Positions 12,001-24,211 of a stretch of 64,000 bases of DNA are shown in pieces. A program made the position numbers and the translations under genes. How positions within the stretch are numbered: position 1 is the first letter of the stretch; each line of letters starts with the position of its first letter. Below the pieces are notes generated by a model. It worked only from the letters and a program-made list of their open reading frames with translations, did no database searches and had not been told where the DNA came from. Source of the stretch: Lineus longissimus (taxonomy: Eukaryota); contig NC_088308.1 of assembly GCF_910592395.1 (NCBI RefSeq), positions 186,001 through 250,000 of the forward strand, in the 5' to 3' direction.

Positions 12001-15000
12001 TCATTGACGTACATTACATAGGATTTAATTGTAAATGTGTCAAAAGCTTAAACTATCTATTCTGTTTGCCCTAGCAGTAGGCCTGCTCTGAGATTGCTAA
12101 AGGCATATGGAGTCTGTCTTGTTTATAGGGACCCTCTGACTATTCTGGTTTGAAGCATTCACAGCATGGCTTAAAGTTCATTCACTGTCTTGTCCTGTTG
12201 TAGCCTGAACTCTGTCTGTGGTCAGCCATAAAAGGTGGGTTAATCTTGTCATTTGGACAATGTAATTGTTCCATCCCAAAGCGACCTCATGTGCTGGTTC
12301 ATAAATCATAATAAATTGTCCATTATTTGTGGAATAGCTCCCAAGCCTCTCATTGAGAATGGAGAGTAGATATAGGCAAAGCAGATTTAGGGAAGTGAAC
12401 TTATCATGAATAGGGTGTAGGCATCCCAAGAGGTGGCACTGATATTCACCAGGGTATACATCAACATGACTCTTTCACAACAATACAATACCCCAGTGGA
12501 AGTCAGCACCAAGTAGCAGTGGGTGTAGTTGATGGTAAGATCTAGGTGCTGTGTTAGCAGTTAGTGTACTCTCATGAGATGTCATGAGGCAGCAGACAGT
12601 CTTATGGCTGACATACAATTCATACTGTTTTTGTCCTTTCCCAGGGAGGAGATCCTGAACAAGCTACGGGCCTACAATGAGCACTATGAAGGAAAGAATG
12701 GTCAGTTAGCGTGCAAAGAGGTCAACAATCGGTTGATCTTAGAAGGCTTATTACGGTTACGATGGGGCGTTACCAAGGAGATTCACCTGAAGCCAAAAGA
12801 CGACATTCCGGCCAAGCTCTCTCCGCGCCGAAGCAGGAAGAGTTATATGTTAGCGATAGATAATGGTCTGGATGAGATATTCGACAATAATGGTCACGGT
12901 GATGCTGGGGACGAGGATGATATGGTAAGGATGGGTGGCGCCTTCGAAGTGAGAATATCGACAGCTGGATGGAGTGTGGTGGCATAAGTTAAGGTCTCTC
13001 ACTCTCAGTTCATGGGTCGTGGGTTCAAACCTGGTCTGGTGTCCACTATGTCCTCAGGTCAAGCTCAGGTGATAGCAGTGTCAGTCCTTGTAGGTTGAGA
13101 CAGCCATTGCCCATTGAAGACCTGGCATGCAAAGCCAGTTCCTTCCACTTGACTTCCCGGCCCAGACTCCTCATCTGAAGGTGCTCTGCTATAGATGACA
13201 AAATAATGGCCTGCACACATGATGTAAAATTAATGTTGACATAGAGAAAGTGCTCCACTGCTATTATATTGGATTGCCACTTTCCTCCAGCCATCCATAA
13301 CCTAAATGATTGTTTATGTCCCAGATATAGCAAGATTTTTGGCTCCATTCGTGCTTGGTGTACATAGTGATTTGGAAAGCATAATTGTAGAACATGTTAC
13401 ATTACCAGTAACTGTCATTTTGGTTTGGAATACAAAGGCTTGCCGGGAAATCTATTAGAATTCAGTGCTGGAAAGCCGTTGTCATGTTTATTTTTGTGTG
13501 ATAACATGTGGAAATACTGGCAAATTCAGTTCATCTAGGGGGGAGCTGGGTAGTGAGTAGTCTGATACTCCACGGGGTGAAACATAATGTCCTTGCTTCC
13601 TTCTCAGACAGTTGGGTGGTAGGTTCATCTTATTGACCTGAAAATGACTTTCTGTATTTCAGGATGACGCCATGCAACAACTACTGAAGTTTAGCCGCCA
13701 GCACCAGAGGCGGGGCAGTATGGAGGATGTCAGTCCAACCAAGGAATCAAAAAACGAAATCAAACGATTTAACACAGTTTGTTACCGTGGTGACCGAGGA
13801 AACAGGAATAAACGAAAGAGATTTTCCATAAATGGTCACTTTTATGATCACGAGGTATGTGTGACCTCCTCAAGCAGCAAGATTTAGTGACCATCTGAGG
13901 GGCTGTTCTTCAGTCATTGTGGCTCGGAAACTTCACTTCAATTGTTGGAAGCCTTGTACCCAGTGTCCATGCCAGGCAAACCAAAGTGAGTGACTTCTGA
14001 TAGACTCCTCCTGGCCAAGATGGCGTCTCCACTGTACCAAGTCATCGTAGCAACGATGAAGACTGGACAAGAAGAAATGACATTTTGAATCGGCTGTGAT
14101 TCTGGTATATGAGCAGCATCCCATTCTTGATAATCTTCTTGTCGTCATATGAACCCATCCCAACCTTTAGAACTAACCAGAAGTTCTCTTTTTAGACAAG
14201 CGTGTTCACTCCGACCCACGGCACTGTGACGAGTGTTCGTGTCTCAAGCACCACAACAACACCAGAGGTCATTCAAGTTATGCTCGACAAATTCAAGGTA
14301 AAGTCTGTGAAAATGAAAGATTAACATTTGAACTTTTTAGTTCCAGTCGTCTTGATTCTTCTGTGATGGGAGGAATGAAATATAAGACCATATAATACTC
14401 ATTTGGAAATCTTTTGAATTTGCTTTTCTATGACCAAAGGTGTCATAAAAACATACAGTGTGCGTTTCATCAGTCTAAAGTGATGTCAGCTAATCTAATC
14501 AACATGAGACTGAACGACTTTTCAATAGGTCAGCATTCTGTAACATAAGCCACTTAATGCAATGTGAGACCTTAATTAGCGTCAGTCATATTTCATTAGG
14601 CTGTGACTTGGAAGTGTACATGATGCATTCAGTCATTAGTATACATTTTCAAATAGACTAATGCAGACAATTGTGTGTAGACTTCACAGCCTGTCTATTG
14701 ACTTGGCTTCTCTAATATTGTAATATAAGCTGCTTGAAGCAATGTGAACTGTTTATTGAACCGCTCTGTCCGATAAATGGACCTGAATGAGTGCATTTCA
14801 TTTGTGTTGACTGAGTACAGAAGTATTGATCTTCACCTGCTGCTGGCTGGGTCCAGGCGATTGCACCTCCACTCAATAAGAATATAACAATGGTAGTTCT
14901 TATATGGCGTGTTTGGCAGTCGTTGTGAAGTGCTATGGTACAAACCCTTAATCCTCTGAGATCACCACTGCCATCTACATTGATGTCACAGCACTCTCTA

Positions 15001-16519
15001 CATTGATGTCACAGCACTCTCTACATTGATGTCACAGCACTCTCTACATTGATGTCACAGCACTCTCTACAGTTGACTACATCTGCCCTTTTGTGTCTTG
15101 CAGGTTGAAGATGATCCTGAAGACTTTACTTTATTCATTATGAAAACAGACGGGGGTAAGTGGTCTCATGTTATTGTAGAGACGTTCAGACTTGAACCAG
15201 GTCTACGCCTGCCTGGGTGAAAACACAACAAGATTGACAAGGTCCCCCCTGGTTACAAGTTAGCACACTTACCATGATTCCACTGCCTCTTGCAGCAAGG
15301 TTTCATTAAATGTAGCACAGTTGGCTGATGACTAGATTCCGCATTCGCATGCACCATACCAAAAAAGAATGCTGAAGAAGACGTGATTCACCATGAAGTG
15401 CCTACTGAACACACTCTGTGATGTTTCATGATTCTGTATTCCAGGCATCATTCCACTGTTAGACACAGATTATCCACTGTTTGAGAGATTATTACTGGGA
15501 CCAGAGGAGGATGAGGCCAAGATATATATCATGGAGAAATCAGCTTTTAGTCATGTGCCACAAGAGGTAGGTTCTTGTCATGTCCAGTGATGGTGCCAGG
15601 GGAAGGGGAAGTTGGCCGAGATCAGGCCTCATTGGGTGGGAAGAGCTTGGGAATGGATGCAATGTTGCATGGGCAAATCGTGTCCATCCTTTGGGAACAA
15701 GTAACATGAACTTGACTTCTGTCCTTTCATTAATAGGCAGCTAGTACCTGAGCACCCGTGTTCTCTTTTCATATGACTCATCTTTGTTATCATACACACT
15801 GCTTGGTTTTGCACCTTCTTTATCTGTTACTTGATTCACTGTCACTGCCACCTGTAGTGTTGTGAGAGGATCAACTGAGTAACCAGCAAGAGTTTACCAA
15901 CTGGACTGGCACATTTCCTGTCATGGGAGCGGTTCTTGAATCCATTCCTACATAACTGGCAAAGCCAATACTATCTGCTATTTACTTCCAGGTTTCACAG
16001 TACGTCACATTACCCGAGGCAGTCCTTCACGGATTCTTGGACAAGTTCACCGGGGAAGAGGAAAAGGAGGTCCAAAAACTCAAACAGAAGTGAGTTGGTG
16101 TCTTTGTTTGAAAACACTGGTAAAAACCCCCTCAATAGAGGCCGTCACAGCAGAAGAAGATGCCATTTTGGACATGAAATAAACGTCACAGACCCATTTG
16201 TTACACTCTCGTTGGCGCAATAATAGTTGTAATGAAGTGTGTTGGCAACAACCAGGACATTGTCCTCATGTGGCACACTTAGTCAAGGTCATCAGCAGGG
16301 TCAAGGACATAGATTGAAATTCAAAATGGATGCCTTTGTCATGCATGGTCATGTTAAAAGAGAGATAATAGCTATATAAATCAAGTCTTATGTCGACAGT
16401 TATAGCAATTCATTGTTTGTTCTTACTCTGGAGATAAATGAAATCTTATCCTTTCCAGGTATGCAACGATACGAGAAGCTTTAGGACGGCGGTTATCAGA
16501 AATCCAAACAAAGGTATGA
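6082..16519 (+). CDS. RASSF2: Ras association domain family protein (RASSF2/4/6 class) with N-terminal LIM domain, RA domain and C-terminal SARAH domain; 10 exons, 397 aa
   Basis: Exons 6082-6121, 6614-6708, 9142-9293, 12645-12924, 13663-13854, 14196-14297, 15104-15155, 15445-15566, 15992-16089 and 16459-16519. All GT-AG and phase-consistent (1194 nt). [71 protein letters not shown]2/4 motifs: [92 protein letters not shown]. Confidence 0.93.
8830..9040 (+). mobile_element. Possible decayed non-LTR retrotransposon 3' fragment in RASSF intron 2
   Basis: CpG-richer patch translating to ..[22 protein letters not shown].., reminiscent of the C-terminus of RTE-type RT proteins. Resemblance by eye only. 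Confidence 0.3.
12972..13045 (+). mobile_element. tRNA-derived SINE head
   Basis: A-box-like TGGCATAAGTTAAGG and B-box GGTTCAAACC; no complete cloverleaf. Confidence 0.45.
14974..15071. repeat. 23-bp minisatellite x4 (TCTACATTGATGTCACAGCACTC)
   Basis: Four identical units ending ~30 nt upstream of the RASSF exon 7 acceptor. Confidence 0.95.
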
Positions 16520-16757
16520 TGTCACATGGATGAAAAAAATGCGCAATTTTCTGTGCAGAACATGTGAGGATATGGTGACGGAATGTGTGCCAAAAGTGGC
16601 AAACTTTCACTTGGATGAAGCTGAGGTTCTGTTTGAAATGTGATGGGATCAAGATGGTTTCTGCTATTTTCCCGTGAACAGTGCAATGGATGTAAAGTGT
16701 TATACAAGGAAGACCTTGGCTTCGTACATAGATATTGAAATATAAATATGACATTGG

Positions 16758-16871
16758 GAGGTCATCTGCTTAGTGTGTGTAAACTTTTGAGCCCAGTTGT
16801 GGGCCGTCGGGGATGAGGTCATCTGCTTAGTGTGTGTAAACTTTTGAGCCCAGTTGTGGGCCGTTGGGGAT
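16758..16871. repeat. 57-bp tandem duplication in RASSF 3'UTR
   Basis: GAGGTCATCTGCTTAGTGTGTG...GGGGAT at 16758 and 16815, one mismatch. Confidence 0.95.
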
Positions 16872-18844
16872 TTTGATCTTCAAACTTGGAAGATCTACTC
16901 TCACTTCATTCATGTTGTTCGCAGCCCAGTTAATAAAATCTTACATTGTTACTTTGCTGATTTTTGACACCCAGTAACTGCTGAAGATTTTACAAGGTTG
17001 AAAATATCTTTTGGAATCATTTAACTTCTTGTCTTGTGGGCAGGTGGTTTATATATGAAAACATGAAATGTTTGTTCTCGATCTCAGAATGTTCTTGTCA
17101 AATTTCAATGATAAAACTGATCAAGTTTGGCTTCACTGTTTGTCAGCCTGTCTGGGTTAATGTAAATTTTAAAAATGTCAGTTGATCTCAAGGTTTTCAA
17201 ATGAAGTATAGTTTAGCTGGTTTATTTCATATTTTCCTTTAGATAGTTTCAATCAATTTTCCTGAGTTTTTGAGAGAAAATGCTGTGGTTTGTTTTGGAT
17301 CTTTAATCTCCAATTCAGTTCTATCAAGATCTGTGATCGTTAATCAGGGACTTGTTTAGCTTTTAATTCAATCTTCACCTACCAGTGGGAGCCAACGTCC
17401 GATTGTGTCGTGTTATGCCAACAGTCTTCAGAATTATTTACTGTTATGGTTATGACCCTCCCACAAACTCAGCACCATCTTTTGGTCTGTTTTAAAGCCC
17501 GAGCCAGAACCTTAAAGCACAGCAGTAGTAATCGCATCTTGATGTCTTCATAATGATGTTAAGCTTTGCTCCTGAATCCCAATTCATAGTTTTCATGCTT
17601 CCAACTTTTCATTAGCTTGGCATAAGCTTCCACTCTTACTGAAGACACATCATATTGTATATAAGTCTTCCAACTTCTGTGGTGTCGTAGTCAACTGGTC
17701 TGCTTGTCAATAGGGCCTGGCCTATTCATAGTTTAGGGATTCTTTATCTAAGGGAATGTACCATGTAAATTCGTGGAGAGAAAGTTGTCAGGGCTGGGCA
17801 TCAGTAGCCATGCCTCTTCCTAGGCATAGTGGTTTAATAGGTGTAAGCCTCTAGACCAGATGACCAGATAATTACGATACCACGGTATGGTCGAGTGGCC
17901 TTCACTTGCTCATCAGTTCCTTCCATTTGCTTCATCATTTTGAATGGAGCTTTTCCTGTTTCCGTCTATGCATGAACTTCATAAGATCTTATGTTGCTTG
18001 CAAGTTGTATTCCTAAATCAGATACTAATAATTGATACAGTTAAGTTAAGGCATGGCCATTGAGCTTGATTGCAGAAGCCCTGCTTGGAGGCATAGGATA
18101 GGGTTTGCCGAGAACATTTGGCAGTGATGCCCTTTTTTCTTGGAATTAGTCAGAGATTCTGCAATTGTGCTGCTGTTGGCTTGTGAAGATGTGTTTCTTT
18201 GTGGATGTAGAGGCTATGCGAGTTTGTGACACGGCCGTATTTCATGTTCATTTGAGAGAAACAAACTTGTATGAAACCAAGGTGCGAGATCTTCAGCCGC
18301 CTTTCAGTTCAGTTGACGAGTTGTTTCATCTTGTTTCATTTTTGGAACAAATCAATTTATTGGTGTATATATAGTTTGTCCAGGTTGTACATTTGCAAAT
18401 ATTCTAATTTATAACCAAATCTGTAAATTATCATATCCAAAATGTTTATTAATCAATATCATCATTTGTATATTTCATTAACATGTTTAAGAGGCAGGCA
18501 ATCATTACCATGTATGTAAAGCACTTGTGAGTCAAATCCAATGTGAATCGAGTGTGAGAGCTATACAAATGCTGAATAAATTATCATCATGTGTAAGGCT
18601 GAAGTGTCGCCTCGAAATACCGTAACATGTTCAAATACTTGTAATCGTTTCACACTTATTTCTAAAGGCAGTGTTCAGACAAATTTCTGGAGATAGCCAG
18701 TCAACTCCTCACCTCTTGATTATTGTTAGATTCTATCAATGGCTTTCATTTTGTATCATATTTTGATGAAGTTAATTTGACGATAATAAAATGAAGTGAA
18801 AATCATGAGTTTGTCCTGTTTCTTTATTGACGATGATGAAGCTG

Positions 18845-19010
18845 TTGAAGACCATTCAAACCTGGCCACAGAGAACTCATGGATCTTACTTCAGCTTGCC
18901 TTGAAGACCATTCCAACCTGGCCACAGAGAACTCATGGATCTTACTTCAGCTTGCCTTGAAGACCATTCCAACCTGGTCACAGAGAACTCATGGATCTTA
19001 TTTGAGCTTG
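18845..19010. repeat. 56-bp tandem repeat, ~3 copies
   Basis: TTGAAGACCATTC.AACCTGG.CACAGAGAACTCATGGATCTTA starts at 18845, 18901 and 18957. Confidence 0.95.
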
Positions 19011-19185
19011 TCTAATACGTGGTTAAACCTGGTTCTCTTGTACCGGGGACAAACTAACTGTCTTGTATTGAGGACAACCTCGCGACCCCTACTTCAGAAG
19101 AGCTTCTATCTCGCTGCACTCTTGAAGATGCAGGAAGCTTCTGCCTCTGATGGAGATTCTGTTCTGTAGACTGGCCTTACTACGT

Positions 19186-19700
19186 GTTGCCAACATGATA
19201 AGACAGCTCCACAGTCTTGCTCTATCAACGTGTTGGCAAAGCAAACAGCAGAGCAGCAAGGGCTGATGCTATGGTGAAGGAGACAGCTCCACAGTCTTGC
19301 TCTCTCAACGTATTGGCAAGACGTGGGTGCTGTCAGGTCCGATTCAGTCTGGTTGTGACTGTCTCAACGTATTGGCAAGACGGTGGTGCTGTCAGGGCCG
19401 ATTCAGTCTTGTTGTGACTGTCTCAACGTATTGGCAAGACGGTGGTGCTGTCAGGGCCGATTCAGTCTGGTTGTGACTGTCTCAACCTGCCAGCAAGACC
19501 ATATAGTTGATCAGCCGGCAACACAATGAGCGATAGAAGAGTCACAGCCAGACAGAGTGGGATAAGGATGTCCGATGTCTTCCAAACACGGGAGAGTAGA
19601 GTCAGTCACAACTAGACTTGAGCCTGGCTGCTTTATTGTGTCGATGAGACAGTCACATGAAGACTGCACGGTCTGTCACAATCACTTGGCCGTATCCTCA
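19186..19700. repeat. Diverged copies of the 68-bp satellite family (59-bp units forward, decayed units inverted)
   Basis: GGTTGTGACTGTCTCAACGTATTGGCAAGACGGTGGTGCTGTCAGGGCCGATTCAGTCT repeats ~3x at 19300-19487 and aligns by eye to the unit at 53066. AGTCACAGCCAG-type inverted remnants follow. Confidence 0.7.
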
Positions 19701-22700
19701 ATTGATGTCACAACCATAACATGTGAACAGATTAACCAGCACGATAAAAAGACAATGTGCTGTCCATAGACAGGAGGATGGCAAGTTGTTCTTGCCAGTA
19801 CATCTCTGATGAAGACCTGGTTCTCCACACCAGTGACTGAGCTGGAGTTTTGACAAGACAGTAGACCGGAAGGAGACAGCATGGTCCAATCGGAGCCGCA
19901 CATTCTGCACTGGATGAATAATCAAGACTAACACAGACGTATGTAAATTAAATAAATATTCAATAACCATCCACGCTACATTTTCTGGACGACATAAACT
20001 GACAACACTTTATATGGTCAACAAATACACAATAGCCACTAGCCTGTACAAAGATAAGTTATTGTACATGTGACATGCAGTGCGTGGTGACATGGCCACA
20101 TACACCTCCATGACATGTCACACACACCATCTGCCAATTTATATGATATAGAACACTCATAGCAAGAATCAAATAATAAAAGCTATAAGTACCAACTTGA
20201 ATACTGGAGAAAGTTAAAAAAGGCTGGCGAACTTGTCAACTATGGAGGACATTCCAGTTGATAAAGCCAAAATCATTGAGTCTCAAATGAACGATCTGTA
20301 TTTGAATGGTTATGATTCTATGTCAGGACTATTTTTAGAAATGTAAACATTACCAAGGATCACCTCTGCGTACCATGCTTGAGAGACGAGAGGCCTGTCC
20401 AATCTGCATGCTGCACGCAACTGAGCCCAAGTTAGTCTTCACAATTTCACTTCTCAATGAGTGAAACTTTAACATTAAAGATTTGTTTGCATATACAGGT
20501 TGATACTTTATATTTCACATTTCTGAGAGCTCAGCATTATCAGGAATCTTATCTAGAAAGAAAGGGTCACAACACTATCAGGACAAGGTCAAATGGCTAT
20601 ATTCTGTTAAAACACTTGGTCACTTTAAAATGATGCACAGTGAATTCTAAAGATATACTAGTAAATACACATGTCATCGTAAACTTCCTCAACCCTACAC
20701 AGTAGGCTTAAACACTGATGATAAAGCACTATAGAAAATGTACAAAATTTGCCTAAATCATATACACTAAATGAGTAAATATCAAAAGATGTGCGATAAA
20801 TACAATTTCAGGTTAAAACACACATATAGAATACGTACGATGTCTATTTAGTGACGGCAGTGGTCGAAGCTCACACGAACCAGCAATCCCAATTACAAAA
20901 GTCTAAAATCCCTGAAGATGATCTTTTACAATAATTAGAATCAAATATCCACAGAGCCAATACATATCATATTGAATTCATTATTCAGAAGCAAAAAGGA
21001 ACTAGTCTATTCGTGCACACACAGTAGCATGTCATTGTAAGAGGTTAAAGTATTATACAAAGTTGATCAGATATAGCAAGTGGGCGAGAAAAGCTATGTC
21101 AGAATATCGTCAAGATGGAAAACAAGCAGATGTAATATCAGCTAAAAGTTCCATCACCAGTAATCAAAAACATTCATTTCCAGTGAGGAGTTTAAAAGTG
21201 CCACAATATGCACTAAGGTTCCAGGCAGTTTTCTCATGTTTTTGTGGCCTGCCAAGCTGGGTAGTCGAGATCAATGAGAGATATCAGTATAAACAAACCA
21301 CTTCCTTCAACAAGGTCTACATCTTCAATCAGTCATCCGACGTTCACATGCACATATCACTAACAATATCTACAATCAATCCGTTCCTTCAAAATTCATA
21401 ATTGGACTATTTACACATCTTGCCACCAGGTGGCCTGGTTTGTGATTGGTTGGACAGGATGAATCCACAGAGTCAAAACCCCAGCCACAGTTAAAACAAC
21501 ATCCTGAGAAGTGTCTTTCATTCCCAATCGAGCTAATCAGGCCTGGTCGATCCAATCACAAGCCTAGCATATAAAGTAATCCTAATCTTTCATATTTTAT
21601 ACAACATTCAATGTCTTTCTCCAGTTATATCTGAAAGAGTCTTTTTACAATGCCTCTCATGCCTCTGACCACTCGAGTTAATTTCTATACAGTTATAGTC
21701 TTGAAGATCTTGGATACACTCTAACATCTAACTACCAACCTAATATAGCACATTGACTATTCTACTCAACAGTCTCTAGCTCAATCAAATTATGTTTTTA
21801 AGTTTTGAAATTATTTTCTCACGTGTAAAGATACCATAGAAATGTTCACACCTCTGACACCATGATAGCTGTCCAAATCTCGAGTGACATCAGCGTCAGT
21901 GACAACATTATTAAGGTGATGACAGACGTCACCACTGCACCGGCCATCCTATTCTTGTGACATCAATGAAGGACATCTCTAGTGCAACCAACACCAGGCC
22001 CTGTCACAAATATCCAACACACAACAGTTCATTTCTTTCACAACTCCTCACTCTACAAAACACGTGCAAATCATGAACAATCATGTCTACTTCAGATAAC
22101 GAGTTGATTTCTCACCGAACATGAACTTGTAAGCAGAATAAATAGAAAAAGAACAAAACTGTTAAACAAAAAATAATATCAGCTGTCGTTAACCAGTCCA
22201 ACACCGTGTCCAACAGTGCCATACTGAACCTCCCATAGCCTCTGTGAGTTGTCTGGAAGCTGAGCAATGTCAATACATTGAGGTTATGAAATTGACATTT
22301 CATACATTTGTGGCACGAGTACAATTCTATCACGGACACAGCAGTTAAAATTTTGACCAAAATATCTTCATCTGTCATATTTTTCCAGACCTTGTATTAC
22401 CGATTATTTGAGGACAGGCTGATGGACTGGTCAACAGACTGATCATAACACATCACAGAAACCAAATCAAACTCAGCAGATAAAATGGCTGCCATCGAGA
22501 ACACTGGACACCACACAAGGTTTCTATTGCACTTTAACTATGGGAAGAATTCCAAACTACCTCCTCACTCAATGTCACTCGTTGATATTAGATCCCTGTG
22601 CATTTATAGTGCATCGAAGTCAACAGAAGACTACACCAATTACATTCAGGGCCCAATGTCTTACCACAAATCATACAAAGATTTGCATGGCTTTACTTCA

Positions 22701-24211
22701 AGTTTTTCAGTCGGAATCTGCCATTAGAATAAGAAGGCTGCAATAACATTACTTTCGACTTACTGGCCAAATAACCGAGGTGGTGTCCTCATTTCAACCA
22801 TTTTTCTCAATCAAACAATTTATGCAGAAAACAAACAGCACACACATGTAAATATGATAAAAAAACATGGAAATTAATCATAGGTTGCATGGACTGATCT
22901 AAACAAATCAACAGTGGTCAAAGGTTGCTGTGTGAAACCGATAGGTTGGAGTCAGAGTCCTCCCAAATGTCAGGTTATTTAGGGAGGCTGTCCCTTCTAA
23001 CTTGTTCTACTGTCAGTCACCGGGGGTGAGATGAACATGACAGGGACTACCTTCCTCCATTAGACCTTATGCTTGATTCTCTCAAGGAAAAGTGAAAATT
23101 TAGGAAAACACAAAATTTACAAATTCTGAAAATGTATGAAATTTATGCATAAATCATTCATAAAGCTAATTGAAATATTGCAATTTTAGCAGCAGTGAAA
23201 ACCAAAACGATTCATAGTTTGCTAACACCAAATTGACTGTCCGAAAACACCCTTCTTAGTTCTTTCACAAGCAGTAAAGGATTCAAGAAGTGCGTTTCAC
23301 AGCATCAAGATTTTGACCACAGTATCAAAGTTACAATTGACCACTGCATAAACAATAAAACTCAATGCCCTAACTCACATGGCAAAGGTGGCCAAAAAGG
23401 CTATCCATAAAAATCAAAAATTAGTATTTTTGATAAAATATGATAACAATAAGTCTTCTAGAAGATGGAAAAGCGGACTATTGCTGCTCATAGCATAACA
23501 AACCAGAACTGGAAAGCCTTCAGGTTTTCCAGCTCATAACTAATATTCACGCCTTCAATACCCCGATATGTGCAACATATTGCTGAAGTTGGCTTCCAAG
23601 ATGTAGGAGTCCACCTAAATGGGTAAGAGTGGAGTCCCCCTTGAAACCTTTCACTCATACTCAGCCCTTGAATCACAATGAGTGGACACAAGGTTTCTCT
23701 CTACTGTAAACATACACCATGTTATAGTACTTTGCTATGTAGATGGCAACAAACACTGATTGAGTGAAAGGATCAAATCTTTAAATACATAAGTATTTTA
23801 ACAATATTTGGACATGATAGCATTATAACTGTAGCAGATCAACCCTGAGATATCAGTATTTCTTGAATATTTCCATGCTGCTTCAAGATAACAAACACAG
23901 AATCATTAATTCATGCAATAGGGTAGAAACATTTAACACTTTCTATTCCATCCTGGATAAACTTCCAAATATGAGAAAAATATCAAAATCTAGTCACAAT
24001 AGCACTCACTAGCTTACCTAGCATATTTCTTAGCACAAGATTTTCTGTATTACTGTAAACTGTGAAATGTTTCAACAACCCAGGTAAAGTTGCAAACTCA
24101 CCAAGGTTTTAGAAGGCAGAATGACACCTATTGTTTCGTGACAAAACTATCACCGCTTTCATAAAGAGTTTTAGCACTGCCACTGTGATCAACAACACCT
24201 AGTTTTCAACC

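Noticed and set aside
12972..13045. Possible tRNA genes (also at 49868 and ~61000)
   Set aside because: A/B-box remnants only, with no intact cloverleaf; treated as SINE heads.
19980..24211. miR-29-type sites in the presumed TET 3'UTR
   Set aside because: No clear seed match seen by eye, and the 3'UTR end could not be defined.
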